Assembly (NCBI GenBank): GCA_045106895.1
Contig: JBGCFM010000024.1
Location: 77,931 to 141,930, forward strand
DNA length: 64,000 bases
Origin: Polyangiales bacterium
Lineage (GTDB): Bacteria; Myxococcota_A; Polyangia; Polyangiales; Houyiibacteriaceae
Direction: 5' to 3'
The notes under the pieces were generated by a model. It had not been told where the DNA came from. It searched no databases and saw only the letters and a program-made list of their open reading frames with translations. Positions within the stretch are counted from its first letter, which is position 1. Each line of letters begins with the position of its first letter. The position numbers were made by a program, and so were the translations under genes. This document shows positions 29,821-40,324 of the stretch, one piece after another.

Positions 29821-29883
29821 ACGTCGTACTACAGATACAGCGACTGTCAGCTGCCTGCTGCTGAAAGTGTTCGTCGAAGGCGC

Positions 29884-31305
29884 TCAGCCGCCGGGGGCGA
29901 CGACCAAGAAGTAGTACGCGGCGCCGCCGGCTCCTGCGAGAAGCAGCAGAAGGAAGATCCAAAGGCCCGCGCCGGACTTCTTTTTGGGAACGACGAGCTC
30001 CGGCTCAGGTTCCGGCGCCGCGGGTGGCGGAGGTGCCAGGCTTGGTGGAGCGAGCTGTGACGCGAGGTCCACGACTGGATTGCTCGGGCTGGAGTCGTCT
30101 TCGAGGTTTGCGAGGCCCTCGATGCCGGACTCACGCCACTGGCCGTCTTCTGGGCTGGCGGCGGTGTCGAGGGCACCGTGCACATCGTCGTCGCCGCTAA
30201 ACCAGTCTGCAGGGTTCTCAAAGAGACCAGCGTCCAGAGGCATCGCTCCGTCGGACACGGCGTCGGGGCTCGCTTCTTTGCCGAGGTCGACTTCGTCCAT
30301 GTCATCCAGGGATGTGAAGCGGAAGAGCTCCTCCTTGATGAGCTTGTCGATAATCGACTGCTGCTTGCTCGAGGTCGGCGCGCTCGCCCCGGTGTCTTCG
30401 TCGAGGGTGGCTTTGACGAGGTTGGCGATGTCGTAGGACGTCACCTTCATCTGGTGGCCGAAGAGATAGCCGGCGAGGGCGTCGCCAAAGTCGCGGGCGG
30501 ACTGGAAGCGTTCGTTGGGATCGCGGCTCAGGCCCTTGGCCAAAAGCGCCTCGAAGTCCGCGTCGACCTCTGGGCGAATGCGCGAAATGGAGGGCACGTT
30601 CGCCTCTTGGACGAGCTTGACGGTCTCGTAGTCGCTCTCGCCAAGGAAGAGTCGTCGTCCCGCGAGCATCTCCCAGAGCACGATGGCGAGGGCAAAGACG
30701 TCGGCGCGGGCATCGACGGGGGTGCCTTCGGCGGCCTCCGGCGAGAGGTAGCTGAACTTGCCTTTGACGACGCCGGGGTCCGTCTTCTCAAGCTGTGTGG
30801 TCGCCTTGGCGAGACCGAAGTCCGTGACCTTCACCTCACCGCGCTTCGAGATGAGGATATTCGGCGGCGACACGTCGCGATGAACCAGGTCCATCTCGTT
30901 GCCGTCTTCGTCGAGGAGCTCATGCGCGTAGCTCAGGCCACGGCAAGCTTCCATGCAGAGGTAGATGGCCTCTTTGACCGGGAAGGAGCGGCCGAGTTGG
31001 CGCAGCACTTCCATGATCTTCTTGAGGTTACAGCCATCGATGAACTCCATGACGATGAAGAACGTGCCGTCGGCGGCGCCGATATCGAAGACGCTGACGA
31101 TGTTCGCATGGCTGAGACGCGCACCAAGACGTGCCTCATCGAGGAACATCCCGATGAAGTTTTTGTTCTCCGCCAAATGGGGCAGAACGCGCTTGATCGC
31201 CACGCGCTTTTTGAAGCCCTGGACGCTCTGGGCCTCGCCCACAAAGACTTCGGCCATGCCGCCGGCTTCGAGGCGTTTTGTGACGCGGTATCGTTGTTCG
31301 GTCAT
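29884..31305 (-). CDS. Hanks-type Ser/Thr protein kinase, tail-anchored
   Basis: AGGMAEV, VAIKR, HRDVSPPN, VTDFGLAK, KGKFSYLSPE, D.RADVF; C-terminal TM. Confidence 0.95.
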   Translation of the reverse strand: MTEQRYRVTKRLEAGGMAEVFVGEAQSVQGFKKRVAIKRVLPHLAENKNFIGMFLDEARLGARLSHANIVSVFDIGAADGTFFIVMEFIDGCNLKKIMEVLRQLGRSFPVKEAIYLCMEACRGLSYAHELLDEDGNEMDLVHRDVSPPNILISKRGEVKVTDFGLAKATTQLEKTDPGVVKGKFSYLSPEAAEGTPVDARADVFALAIVLWEMLAGRRLFLGESDYETVKLVQEANVPSISRIRPEVDADFEALLAKGLSRDPNERFQSARDFGDALAGYLFGHQMKVTSYDIANLVKATLDEDTGASAPTSSKQQSIIDKLIKEELFRFTSLDDMDEVDLGKEASPDAVSDGAMPLDAGLFENPADWFSGDDDVHGALDTAASPEDGQWRESGIEGLANLEDDSSPSNPVVDLASQLAPPSLAPPPPAAPEPEPELVVPKKKSGAGLWIFLLLLLAGAGGAAYYFLVVAPGG

Positions 31306-31552
31306 CGTGTAGGTTCGCGTGCGCGAATCGCTGGGGATTGTCCGACGCATACCCCACAACGTCAAGGAACCTTCGGGTTTGAAGTGCTCTTGTTTGTGGA
31401 GTTGGAGACATCCCCTTCCACAAATGAAACCCGCGGGTTGGTTTGAGGCGACTTTGAAGCGAAAAGACGCCGATTGGTTTCCTGGAGGAGAAACCTATTC
31501 CCAGAAAGAAAGCGGGATTGCATTGCTCGTGGGTCCTTGCTTAGGTGGCGGC

Positions 31553-32224
31553 GTGCCACGCAAACCAGTTCGCATCGCTCCTTCGATTCTCTCCGCAGAC
31601 TTCGGCCGCTTGGCCGAAGAGGTGAAAGCCGTCGATGAGGCCGGAGCGGACTGGATCCACGTCGATGTCATGGATGGCCATTTCGTGCCAAACCTGACCA
31701 TTGGTCCTGTGGTCGTCGAGGCTGTCCGGAGGGCTTCGGGCAAGCCCCTCGACGTTCATTTGATGATCGAAGAGCCCGGCCGGAGCGTGGAGGCTTATGC
31801 AAAAGCTGGCGCGGACACCATCACCGTCCATTTGGAGGCCTGCACTCATCTTCACCGGGTTCTCCAACAGATCCGGAGTCTTGGAAAGCGCGCCGGGGTT
31901 TCCCTGAACCCCCACACGCCTGAGGATGGGCTTCGCTACGTGCTGCCCCTCATCGACAATATCCTCGTGATGAGCGTGAACCCCGGCTTTGGCGGGCAGT
32001 CGTTCTTGCCGGATGTTCTCCCCAAGATAGCTCGCATTCGTGCGATGCTAGACGAAGGAGGGCATGCAGCAGACTTGGAAATAGACGGCGGAATCAAGGT
32101 CGGGACAGCACGCCAAGTGTGTGAAGCTGGAGCAGACGCCCTCGTCGCCGGTTCAGCCATCTACAAGACCGATGACTACGCCAAGTCCATCTCAGCCATC
32201 CGCGCCGACGCGGATGCGGCATAA
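31553..32224 (+). CDS. rpe: Ribulose-phosphate 3-epimerase
   Basis: IAPSILSADF, HVDVMDGHFVPNLTIG, DVHLMI, MSVNPGFGGQ, IDGG, VAGSA. Confidence 0.97.
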   Translation: MPRKPVRIAPSILSADFGRLAEEVKAVDEAGADWIHVDVMDGHFVPNLTIGPVVVEAVRRASGKPLDVHLMIEEPGRSVEAYAKAGADTITVHLEACTHLHRVLQQIRSLGKRAGVSLNPHTPEDGLRYVLPLIDNILVMSVNPGFGGQSFLPDVLPKIARIRAMLDEGGHAADLEIDGGIKVGTARQVCEAGADALVAGSAIYKTDDYAKSISAIRADADAA

Positions 32225-32259
32225 GTCAGGCATGTGAACAGCAATGAGTGACAGCCTTC

Positions 32260-33642
32260 ATGAGTAGCGATAGCCCAGGACTCACCACTATTTTCGTCGA
32301 CCGCAAGGCGACGAAGAAGCGACTGCGAAAGGCGAAGCTCGCCATCATCGACGGTCCAGACCGCGGCAAAGAGCTGGTCATGGAGCGGGAGCGCGTCACC
32401 GTTGGCCGCAGCGTCATCTGCGACCTGGTCCTCGCCGACAAGGCCGTGAGCGGAACCCACTGCGAGTTCATCGCGGACGAGAAGGGCTTCTTGCTGAAGG
32501 ACCTTGGTTCGACGAATGGCACCAAGGTGGGCGACCTGAAGATTCGCGAGGTTTGGATCCGTAAGGGCACCGTCGTGACCGTCGGCCAAACGAAGATTCG
32601 TTTCGAGTCGCTGCAGGAAGAGGTGGAGATCGACCTGAGCCGGGAAAACCGTTTCCACGAGCTCATCGGCAATAGCGTTCGAATGCGCGAGATCTTCGCT
32701 GTTCTTCAGAAGGTCTCGACGACGGATCTGACGGTGATGATCCGGGGCGAAACTGGCACAGGCAAGGAGCTGGTGGCGCGCGCGCTTCACCAGGGCAGCC
32801 CCCGTGATGAGAAGCCGCTGGTCGTCCAGGACTGCTCGGCGATTCCTTCGAACCTCATCGAGAGCACCCTCTTTGGCCATGAGCGTGGCGCCTTCACCGG
32901 CGCCTCGGATCGTCATCGGGGCAGCTTTGAGCAGGCCGAAGGTGGCACGATCTTCCTCGACGAGATCGGCGAGCTGGAGATGTCTCTTCAGCCGAAGCTC
33001 CTGCGCGTGTTGGAGAATCGCGAGATCAAACGCGTCGGTGGGGACAAGGTGATCCCGGTTAATGTGCGCGTTGTCGCAGCGACGAACCGTGACCTGCGCC
33101 AGATGGTCAACGATGGCACCTTCCGCGAGGACCTCTACTACCGCCTCAGCGTGGTTCAGGTGGAGCTGCCGCCTCTTCGCGAGCGACCAGAAGATATTGT
33201 GCTGCTGCTCGAGTCTTTCCTCGAAGACTTCGCTCGGCGCTCGTTCCCGGGTGAGGACAAAAAGTACACCGTGACGAAGGATGGCCTGGCGCGACTCCGC
33301 TCCTACCCTTGGCCTGGAAACGTTCGTGAGCTGAAGAACACCGTGGAGCGCGGCGCGTCCCTCGCAGACAGCGACGAGCTCGGCGTGCGTGACCTCATGC
33401 CGCTCTGGCAGAAGACACCACCGGTGTCCGTGCCCGGCGGCAACGTGGAGCAGTTCGTCGAAGACGAGGTTCCGTTCAAAGAGGCGAAGCAGAAGGTCCT
33501 CGACGTCTTTGAGGCGAACTACCTCAAGATCCTCCTCGAAAAGCACGCCAACAACATCACCCGAAGCGCCCAGGCGGCGGGACTCACGCGTTATCATCTG
33601 CGTGAGCTCGCCAAACGTTACGGCATCCGCGACAAGACCTAA
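32260..33642 (+). CDS. FHA-domain sigma-54-dependent transcriptional activator
   Basis: FHA (GR...VSGTH...DLGSTNGT); GETGTGKE; GAFTGA; LDEIGE; YPWPGNVREL; Fis-type HTH. Confidence 0.95.
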   Translation: MSSDSPGLTTIFVDRKATKKRLRKAKLAIIDGPDRGKELVMERERVTVGRSVICDLVLADKAVSGTHCEFIADEKGFLLKDLGSTNGTKVGDLKIREVWIRKGTVVTVGQTKIRFESLQEEVEIDLSRENRFHELIGNSVRMREIFAVLQKVSTTDLTVMIRGETGTGKELVARALHQGSPRDEKPLVVQDCSAIPSNLIESTLFGHERGAFTGASDRHRGSFEQAEGGTIFLDEIGELEMSLQPKLLRVLENREIKRVGGDKVIPVNVRVVAATNRDLRQMVNDGTFREDLYYRLSVVQVELPPLRERPEDIVLLLESFLEDFARRSFPGEDKKYTVTKDGLARLRSYPWPGNVRELKNTVERGASLADSDELGVRDLMPLWQKTPPVSVPGGNVEQFVEDEVPFKEAKQKVLDVFEANYLKILLEKHANNITRSAQAAGLTRYHLRELAKRYGIRDKT

Positions 33643-33645
33643 GCC

Positions 33646-34653
33646 ATGTCTCAACTCGAAACCAAGGGCCGAACTTCAAGCGTTGCCCCGCGCATCTTAT
33701 TGGTGGGTGCAGGAGCCGTGGGACAGGTCTACGGACAAGCGCTGCAACGTGGCGGTGCCCACGTCTCGTTCCTTGTTCGGGCCAAGTACAAAGCCGAGGT
33801 CGCCGCGGGCCTCCTCCTCTACCGGATCTCCGGAAAGCGCGGCCGCGAGGCGGAGCCCTTCATGCCGGATGGTGTGTATGGCCACTTCGACGAGCTCAAA
33901 GACGAGCGCTTCGATCAGGTCTGGCTATGCGTCTCCACGCCCGCAGCGCAGAGCGGCATCGCCGACGAGACCTGCGACCTCGGGCGGCTGATTCGAAACC
34001 TCCACGGTGCCACCCTCGTCGTGCTCCAGGCGGGTCCTCAGGTCACAAACCTTGTGGAAGCTCTCGTGCCTGCCCGCCAGCGCTGTGACGGGGGCATCGC
34101 GATGATCTCCTACCAGGCGCCTCTCGTTCCGGACGAAGTGCCAGAACCCGGCGTGGCTTATTGGACGCCCACGCCGTCGCCCTTCGAAGGCGCGGACGAC
34201 GAGGCCATCGTCGCTCTGCTCCGCGCTGGCGGCTGCCCCGCGAAGGTCGCGCAGGACACGCGCTCGATGATGAGTTTCGGCTCGGCGACCTTGATGCCAA
34301 CGATGGTCGCCCTCGAAGGCGCGGGCTGGAAGGTCAGCGGTCTGCGACGCGGTCCTTGGGCTCGCCTCGCAACGCATGCTTCGCGGGAAGCGCGTAATAT
34401 CGTGGCCAAGACACGCGCCACGGAAGCGCCCGCGGCGATGGACATGCTGGGCCCCGTCGGTCTCAAGGGCCTGTCATTCGTCGCGCCGGCGATCATGCCT
34501 TTCGACCTGGACGTTTACCTTCGCTACCACTTTTCGAAGGTTCACGACCAGACGCGCCTGCTCATCGACCACTACGTGAGCGAAGGCGAGCGTGTTGGAC
34601 TCCCGACTGCGGAGCTTCGAGAGCTCCGCTCGAACGTATTCGGCAGCGCCTAG
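33646..34653 (+). CDS. Ketopantoate reductase (ApbA/PanE)-like protein
   Basis: Rossmann GAGAVG...VSFLVR; the C-terminal half is divergent. Confidence 0.7.
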   Translation: MSQLETKGRTSSVAPRILLVGAGAVGQVYGQALQRGGAHVSFLVRAKYKAEVAAGLLLYRISGKRGREAEPFMPDGVYGHFDELKDERFDQVWLCVSTPAAQSGIADETCDLGRLIRNLHGATLVVLQAGPQVTNLVEALVPARQRCDGGIAMISYQAPLVPDEVPEPGVAYWTPTPSPFEGADDEAIVALLRAGGCPAKVAQDTRSMMSFGSATLMPTMVALEGAGWKVSGLRRGPWARLATHASREARNIVAKTRATEAPAAMDMLGPVGLKGLSFVAPAIMPFDLDVYLRYHFSKVHDQTRLLIDHYVSEGERVGLPTAELRELRSNVFGSA

Positions 34654-34662
34654 ATACGCAGA

Positions 34663-37458
34663 CTAGAGGGTCAGCTCGCCGCCGGCCTCATCTTCTCGAA
34701 CGTGCTTCGGGAAGAGGTCACGAGGCGACGGCGGACGGTAGGGCGCACCTTTGGTGGTGGAACGCATTCGAAGCCGAGGGCGCTTTACGACGACCTCATC
34801 GATGAAGGAGTCGAGCTCCGCTTCTGCCTTCTTGCTTTCGACGGGTAGGCGCGTCGCCTGAAGCGCGGTCTCAAGGGCGTCCGCGTCGACGCCTGCCGCT
34901 GCGAGGATCTGAGCACGCAGATCGAGGCCATCATTCTGCGGCGGGTTCTTCCGCACGGCGAGGGGAATCGCCACGTCGTCATCGACCGTCGCGGCGGGCG
35001 TTCCGGGCTCGGCGGTCTGAAGCATGAGCTCCGGAGTCGGCTTCGCGACACGAGCGACGGGACCATCGAAAACAGTGTCGGCGTCGTCCGTGGACTGAAG
35101 AGCGTCGAAGGTGTCCGCGTCAGCGGCCTCCGCCTCGACGACCTCAGCGGACGCCTCAACGATGTTCGTCGCTGTCGTCTGGAGAGCGAGGAGCTCTTCG
35201 AACACGGCTTGGGACTCCGTCGAGAGCTCGAATGAGACCTGGGCGTCCATGAGCTCCGCGAGGGCCTCTTGAGTCTCCGAGGAGGCCTCAAGCGCTGGCG
35301 TCTCGAGGGTGACGACTCCGTCCCGGACACGAAGGGCGCAGCTCGGCGCATCAAAGGCGGTTGTGGTGAGAACGCCTGCGTGGTGTGTCGCGCCAGCCCC
35401 TAGTCGCCGGAACTCCGGTCCGCTCAGGTATTCGAACATCGCGAATCGGACGGAGGCGTCGTCGGGCGTTTCATTCGACGTCTCGGGCGCTGGTGGCGCG
35501 ACGCTGAGGGGCGTTACGTCGATGTCGATGGATGGGAAAGCCGCGGCTTCGGCATCGATGGGGAAGTCGAGCTCGATGTCGATGGATGCGAACGCTGCCG
35601 CTTCTGGATCGATGGGGAACAGGTCCTCGTCGCTCCCGGCGTCGGCAGCTTCGACGGCGTCGGCAGCTTCGGAGGCGGCTTCGACAGCGGCGTCCTCGGA
35701 GGCCGCTTCAACAGCGGCTACTTCGGAGGCGGCTTCGACAGCGGCGTCTTGGGAGGCCGCTTCTTCGGAGGTGTCCTCAGGGAAGAGGGTGTCATCAGAG
35801 AGGAGCGCGTCGAGGTCCGCCTCGGTCTCCGCGATGAGCGACGCGAGGGGTTGGGCCTCTCCATCGCGAATGACGCACACTTGGTCGCGCTGGCGTCCAC
35901 GGACGTCGATGATGCGCCGCACGCTGACAGGGTTTCGGAGCGGCTGAGAGGGAGCGAGGGGCGAAGGAGGAAGAGCAGCCGGCGCAGCGTCTACCTTCTC
36001 CACGACCATCGGCGTGAGGGGCATGGTGGCCGTGAGGCTCTTGGGCGAAGCCGCCTTCATCGGCGTGAGGGGCATGGTGGCCGTGAGGCTCTTGGGCGAG
36101 GTGTCTTCCTGCGCGTCCTTGGCATTCTGGCGAGGTCCCGGAGCGCTGGAGTCGGGGCCCGGAGCCTTGAGTCCGCCGCTGGCGGTTTTGAGGGTCTTCG
36201 CCTGCTTCTCGTCGTTCGCGAGCGCTTCTGGGCGAGGCATCGTGGGCTTGTACGTGCCGAGAGGGAGCGTCTTGCCCCCCGAGTGAAGCATGGGGTTCGC
36301 GTCGCTGACGTCGTCGACCATGATCGGCTGGAGCGGCTTCAGCGTGGCCTGAGGCACGACTACAGGAGCAAACTCGGCTTCGCTCGACGCCTCCGGCGTG
36401 CTCTCCGGCGCAACATCTTGCGCGAACATGGCGTCCACGTTGCGGATCAGCATCGAAGGGTTCGTGCTGCCCTGAAGGTCCACGGCTTCTGCTGGAGCGG
36501 CAGGAAGGGGCGCGCGTGCGCTGACAATGGAGCGCTTGAGATCGCTCATCGCGGATACGCCTGCGGCGACGGCTCGGTCGAGCTCTTCGCTCATCGTCAG
36601 CTCATCGAAGGCGGCCTCGTGGGCGCCAGCGATGACGGCCATGTCCACGAGCATCAAGGGGTCGACCTCGATGGTGGCGGCGTGTGCGCGAAGACGGTCC
36701 GCGTGTGCGACGCTGCCTTTCTCTTCGAGGAGGTCTGCCATGGTCTCCCAAGCTTCGACCCAGCCGCACTCCATCTGCGTCACGCGGCGCAGGGCGATCT
36801 CTGCGAGCTCACGTTCGCCGCGGGCCTTCAGAATTGTACCCTTCACAAAGAGTGCGTCGGCGTCTTCCCCGTCTCGCTCCAGGGCGTAGTTGAGCACGGC
36901 CAGGGCGTCATCGAAGCGCGATTCCGCCACGAGAGCGTTCGCGAGCATGGCGGCGTCATCAGCGTGCTCGTCCTGAAGAAAGCGGTCTTTGCGCAAGGTC
37001 AGTCGGTGAGCCTGCTCGATGTCCGCGCGAAGTGCGCAGGTCGCCGCGTCCGCAGGGTCCATCGAGTAGCAGCGCTCCACGGCGGCCCAAGCGCGACCGT
37101 AGTCCTCCATGTGGAAGAGCAGCCGTGCGAGACGGACCATCGGCTCAGCCCACTCCGGCGCGAGTCGCGCAGCTTTTACGAGAAGAGTCCGGGCATCCAC
37201 GTGCTCGCCGAGGGTCTCGGCGATGCCGGCGCCAGTGAGCAGGAGGTCGACGTCCGTTGGGTCCTTGTGCAGCGCGGTCATGCATACGAGGCGCGCGTCC
37301 CGAAGACGACCCGCGCTGATGAGGTCCTGCGCGAGCATCACCGGCTCTTCGCTATCGCCTACGTTTTGGTGTCGAAGGACACGCATGGTGAGCGCGCGCT
37401 CTTCCATCTGCCTGCTGTCGAAAGCCAAGCCGCCCTCACGAATTTCAGTGTCGCCCAT
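34663..37458 (-). CDS. TPR protein with very long acidic/Pro low-complexity C-terminus
   Basis: TPR-like helices in the first ~270 aa, then internal repeats. Start chosen at ATG 37458. Confidence 0.75.
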   Translation of the reverse strand: MGDTEIREGGLAFDSRQMEERALTMRVLRHQNVGDSEEPVMLAQDLISAGRLRDARLVCMTALHKDPTDVDLLLTGAGIAETLGEHVDARTLLVKAARLAPEWAEPMVRLARLLFHMEDYGRAWAAVERCYSMDPADAATCALRADIEQAHRLTLRKDRFLQDEHADDAAMLANALVAESRFDDALAVLNYALERDGEDADALFVKGTILKARGERELAEIALRRVTQMECGWVEAWETMADLLEEKGSVAHADRLRAHAATIEVDPLMLVDMAVIAGAHEAAFDELTMSEELDRAVAAGVSAMSDLKRSIVSARAPLPAAPAEAVDLQGSTNPSMLIRNVDAMFAQDVAPESTPEASSEAEFAPVVVPQATLKPLQPIMVDDVSDANPMLHSGGKTLPLGTYKPTMPRPEALANDEKQAKTLKTASGGLKAPGPDSSAPGPRQNAKDAQEDTSPKSLTATMPLTPMKAASPKSLTATMPLTPMVVEKVDAAPAALPPSPLAPSQPLRNPVSVRRIIDVRGRQRDQVCVIRDGEAQPLASLIAETEADLDALLSDDTLFPEDTSEEAASQDAAVEAASEVAAVEAASEDAAVEAASEAADAVEAADAGSDEDLFPIDPEAAAFASIDIELDFPIDAEAAAFPSIDIDVTPLSVAPPAPETSNETPDDASVRFAMFEYLSGPEFRRLGAGATHHAGVLTTTAFDAPSCALRVRDGVVTLETPALEASSETQEALAELMDAQVSFELSTESQAVFEELLALQTTATNIVEASAEVVEAEAADADTFDALQSTDDADTVFDGPVARVAKPTPELMLQTAEPGTPAATVDDDVAIPLAVRKNPPQNDGLDLRAQILAAAGVDADALETALQATRLPVESKKAEAELDSFIDEVVVKRPRLRMRSTTKGAPYRPPSPRDLFPKHVREDEAGGELTL
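36007..36099. repeat. Exact 42-bp direct repeat, 51-bp period (SPKSLTATMPLTPM x2)
   Basis: catcggcgtgaggggcatggtggccgtgaggctcttgggcga at 36007-36048 and 36058-36099. Confidence 0.9.
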
Positions 37459-37551
37459 GGCAGGAGAATCGCCGGCGGATCCCAATGCACCAACAATTCG
37501 ACAAGACACCACAGATTGGGCGCCTTTTGCCGACTCACCTATAGTGGCCAC

Positions 37552-38760
37552 GTGGCTTTCCTGACTCGATGCGCGGCTTTCTGTCTGGTCCTCCTGAGCG
37601 CCAGCGTCCATGCCCAAGACCTCGCTCCCACTCGCGCGACGAGCGTTCGCATCGTGGACGCCGACTCACCCGTCTTTCTGGCGGCGCGCGACCGAGCACC
37701 CCGACGCGGCACCATCGCCCTTGGAACGCACCTGCCGCTTCTGGGCCGCGTGCGTGGTGGCGGATGTCCGACGGGCGTTTGGGCTCAGGTCGGCGAGTCC
37801 CTCTATATCTGTGACCGCCGCGTGGAGTACACGACGCGCCCCGCGAGCGGCTACAACCACCCTCGGATTCGTCCTGGAGAGCTCCTGCCCTTCAACTACG
37901 GCTTCGTGAGCATGGACGGCGTCCGGGCGTTCTCGCACCCCCAAGACTATTTCACCGATGACTACTACGAGGCCCTCGGCGCGGGCTTTGGCGTCATCGT
38001 CGCCGGGCGCGAGAGCTACGAGGGGATGCGCTTCATTCGAACCCGGCGGCGGCTCTATATCCCGGCTCAGTCCGTTCGAATGGCGCGGGGCAGTGACTTT
38101 GCCGGGGTGACGCTAGAAGAGGGAGCGCTCAACGTCGCTTGGGTTTCGGCTCGTCAAACTTCGGTCCGAGAGCGACCACGTGGCCGGAGTCTGCGGACCC
38201 TCGCCAAGCGGACCGCTGTTCGAATCGGCGAGCCGGAACGCGGCTGGGTGGAGCTCGCCGAGGGCGGCTTTGTTCGAACACGAGACCTGCGCATCGCCGA
38301 GCTCACCGAGCGACCCGAAGAGGTCGAGGACAGCGGCACGTGGATCGACATGGACGTATCGTCGCAGATACTCGTGGCGTACCGCGGCGACACACCGGTG
38401 TTTACGACCCTCATCAGCAGCGGCCGCGCAGGCCGTCACCACGCGACGCCCCTTGGCACGCATCGCATCTGGGTGAAGCTGGCGTTCTCCGACATGGACA
38501 ACCTTCAGCGTCAGAACGTGTCGCGAAACTACGCTATCGAGCGGGTGCCCTGGGTTCAGTACTTCGCGCGCGCAAACGGGCTCCACGCTGCGTTCTGGCA
38601 TGACGACTTTGGCCGCCGGAAGAGCCACGGCTGCATCAACCTTTCGCCGCGAGATGCGCGGACGCTCTTCGAGTTCACGGAGCCTCGCCTGCCTGTGGGC
38701 TGGACCGCGATCTTCCCACGCGAGGACGAGCCCACCACGTATGTGCGGGTCCGGCCTTAG
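37552..38760 (+). CDS. L,D-transpeptidase (YkuD family), exported
   Basis: Signal peptide from GTG 37552; WIDMDVSSQIL, ISSG, TPLG, LHAAFWHDDFGRRKSHGCINLSP. Confidence 0.92.
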   Translation: MAFLTRCAAFCLVLLSASVHAQDLAPTRATSVRIVDADSPVFLAARDRAPRRGTIALGTHLPLLGRVRGGGCPTGVWAQVGESLYICDRRVEYTTRPASGYNHPRIRPGELLPFNYGFVSMDGVRAFSHPQDYFTDDYYEALGAGFGVIVAGRESYEGMRFIRTRRRLYIPAQSVRMARGSDFAGVTLEEGALNVAWVSARQTSVRERPRGRSLRTLAKRTAVRIGEPERGWVELAEGGFVRTRDLRIAELTERPEEVEDSGTWIDMDVSSQILVAYRGDTPVFTTLISSGRAGRHHATPLGTHRIWVKLAFSDMDNLQRQNVSRNYAIERVPWVQYFARANGLHAAFWHDDFGRRKSHGCINLSPRDARTLFEFTEPRLPVGWTAIFPREDEPTTYVRVRP

Positions 38761-38794
38761 CCCTCAATCCGGTGTTAGTTGCGCGACTAACTTG

Positions 38795-40324
38795 TTAGAT
38801 TCCGCTCACGTCACGCTTCGTCGAGACCGTGTAGGTCAACGTGAAGGTGCGCCTCTCCCCAGCCCGCAAGGTGTCCAGCCAGCGGACGAAGCCGTCTTTG
38901 TCTGGCTGCTTGGAGTCTGTGGTCTCCGCTCCGTCGACTTTGATCTCGACGCTCTCGAGCTCCGACACCGGCACCCGCTCGATGATCTCCAAGTGGTGGG
39001 TCCCGCGTCCAATGTTGGAGATCTTCAGCTGAATCTTCTTCGTCTTGTGGGTCCAGCCCCTCAACATGGAGTGTTTGGGATCTAAGTTCTTGCTCTCGCG
39101 TGTCACGCGAAGCTCGTTCTCTGGACCCCAACCCAAGTCGAAACGCTCCCCCGGCGCGACAAAGAGCGTCTTCGTCCGGCCAACAGGGCCCGACTCGCGA
39201 ATGAGGTCGACGGGACCCGCGAGAACCGGCCGCGAACTCTCATTGCTCAGCGATGTCTTCTGCTGGACCGTGTTTTCAAGCTCACTGACCACAAAGAGCT
39301 TCGACTCGGCGGGCGCCGTAAAGGTGCTCAAAGGGATCCGATGAGGACGCCCGTCGGCGCGAACGGTGGCCTTACTTGGAGCCTTCAGGAGCAGGGCGTC
39401 TCCGCCGTCGTCGATGCCAGGCAGCTCCGAGGCGAGACGGGCGGCTCCTGCGCTCTCCACCTCTTCCTCGCGCATGGTGACCTGGGTACCCGAGGCTTTC
39501 TTCTGAACCCGAAGCTCGTCCGTCGACAGAAGCGGTGGGTCGACGCCCAAGGACGCGCGCTCCGTGGACACCTCAAGTTCCACCTCGCTCCAGTCCTCTC
39601 CGGTGCGCTGCCAGACGCAGGCCTGAGTCTCAAAGTGGACCGCGCTTCCTTGCCAACGGGCGCGGTGTTGAGGCCGCCAGCATGCGCCGGGCACCGCGTA
39701 GCTGACGTCCAAGCGCGCATCTCCATCCGATTCACTCATGATACGAAGCTCGATCCAGGCGCATTCTTCGGAGGTGGTTCGCCGCGCGTCTCGAAGCAGG
39801 ACGCGGATGTCGTTGAGTTCCTCGACGGCGTCGTTGGCCTGCTGAACGCCCTTGGCGATGTCCTCGTGAAGTCCCGAGATACGCCCGGCGATCTCTGTGA
39901 AGGTTGCCTCCCAGCTATCGGAGGAGTTCCTGCCCCACGCCACATCCACGCTCGCCTCCGTGGCGGCTTTGGACGACGAGTCTTCCCAGAAACGCAGGTC
40001 TTCACGCATGCCGTCGAGGCGTGCGTTGGTGGCTTCGCTCTTTCGCGCGGCGACGCGCTCGAGCTCTATCAGTTCCTTCACACGGGCTGGCTGCTCTTCG
40101 CTTCGGTGGACACGAAAGCGGCGCACGCGCGCGTCGAGGACGCGGGCGTCGCCTGCTTTGACGACAAGGGTCTTGTCGATGAGGGCCGGAGCCACGCCTT
40201 CGACGCGAAGCCGCTGGATGCCGCTTTTGAGGGGGACTGTGCTCTCGCGCTCGATGAGGGCGCGTTCTTCAAGGACCGTGACCCGCCTGATGGGGCACTC
40301 GATGTTGGCGCTGTCTTCGCTCAT
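38795..40324 (-). CDS. DUF4140/DUF4139 (MuiA-like) protein
   Basis: IRRVTVLEERALIER, Y.VPGACWRP, QRTGEDW..V.L.VST, LAGP, PGE.F.LGWG, ERVPVS. Confidence 0.9.
   Translation of the reverse strand: MSEDSANIECPIRRVTVLEERALIERESTVPLKSGIQRLRVEGVAPALIDKTLVVKAGDARVLDARVRRFRVHRSEEQPARVKELIELERVAARKSEATNARLDGMREDLRFWEDSSSKAATEASVDVAWGRNSSDSWEATFTEIAGRISGLHEDIAKGVQQANDAVEELNDIRVLLRDARRTTSEECAWIELRIMSESDGDARLDVSYAVPGACWRPQHRARWQGSAVHFETQACVWQRTGEDWSEVELEVSTERASLGVDPPLLSTDELRVQKKASGTQVTMREEEVESAGAARLASELPGIDDGGDALLLKAPSKATVRADGRPHRIPLSTFTAPAESKLFVVSELENTVQQKTSLSNESSRPVLAGPVDLIRESGPVGRTKTLFVAPGERFDLGWGPENELRVTRESKNLDPKHSMLRGWTHKTKKIQLKISNIGRGTHHLEIIERVPVSELESVEIKVDGAETTDSKQPDKDGFVRWLDTLRAGERRTFTLTYTVSTKRDVSGI

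Noticed and set aside
35749..37551. 1003-aa ORF suggesting a giant L,D-transpeptidase
   Set aside because: The first ~600 aa are the antisense shadow of the minus-strand TPR gene; a signal peptide begins at GTG 37552.
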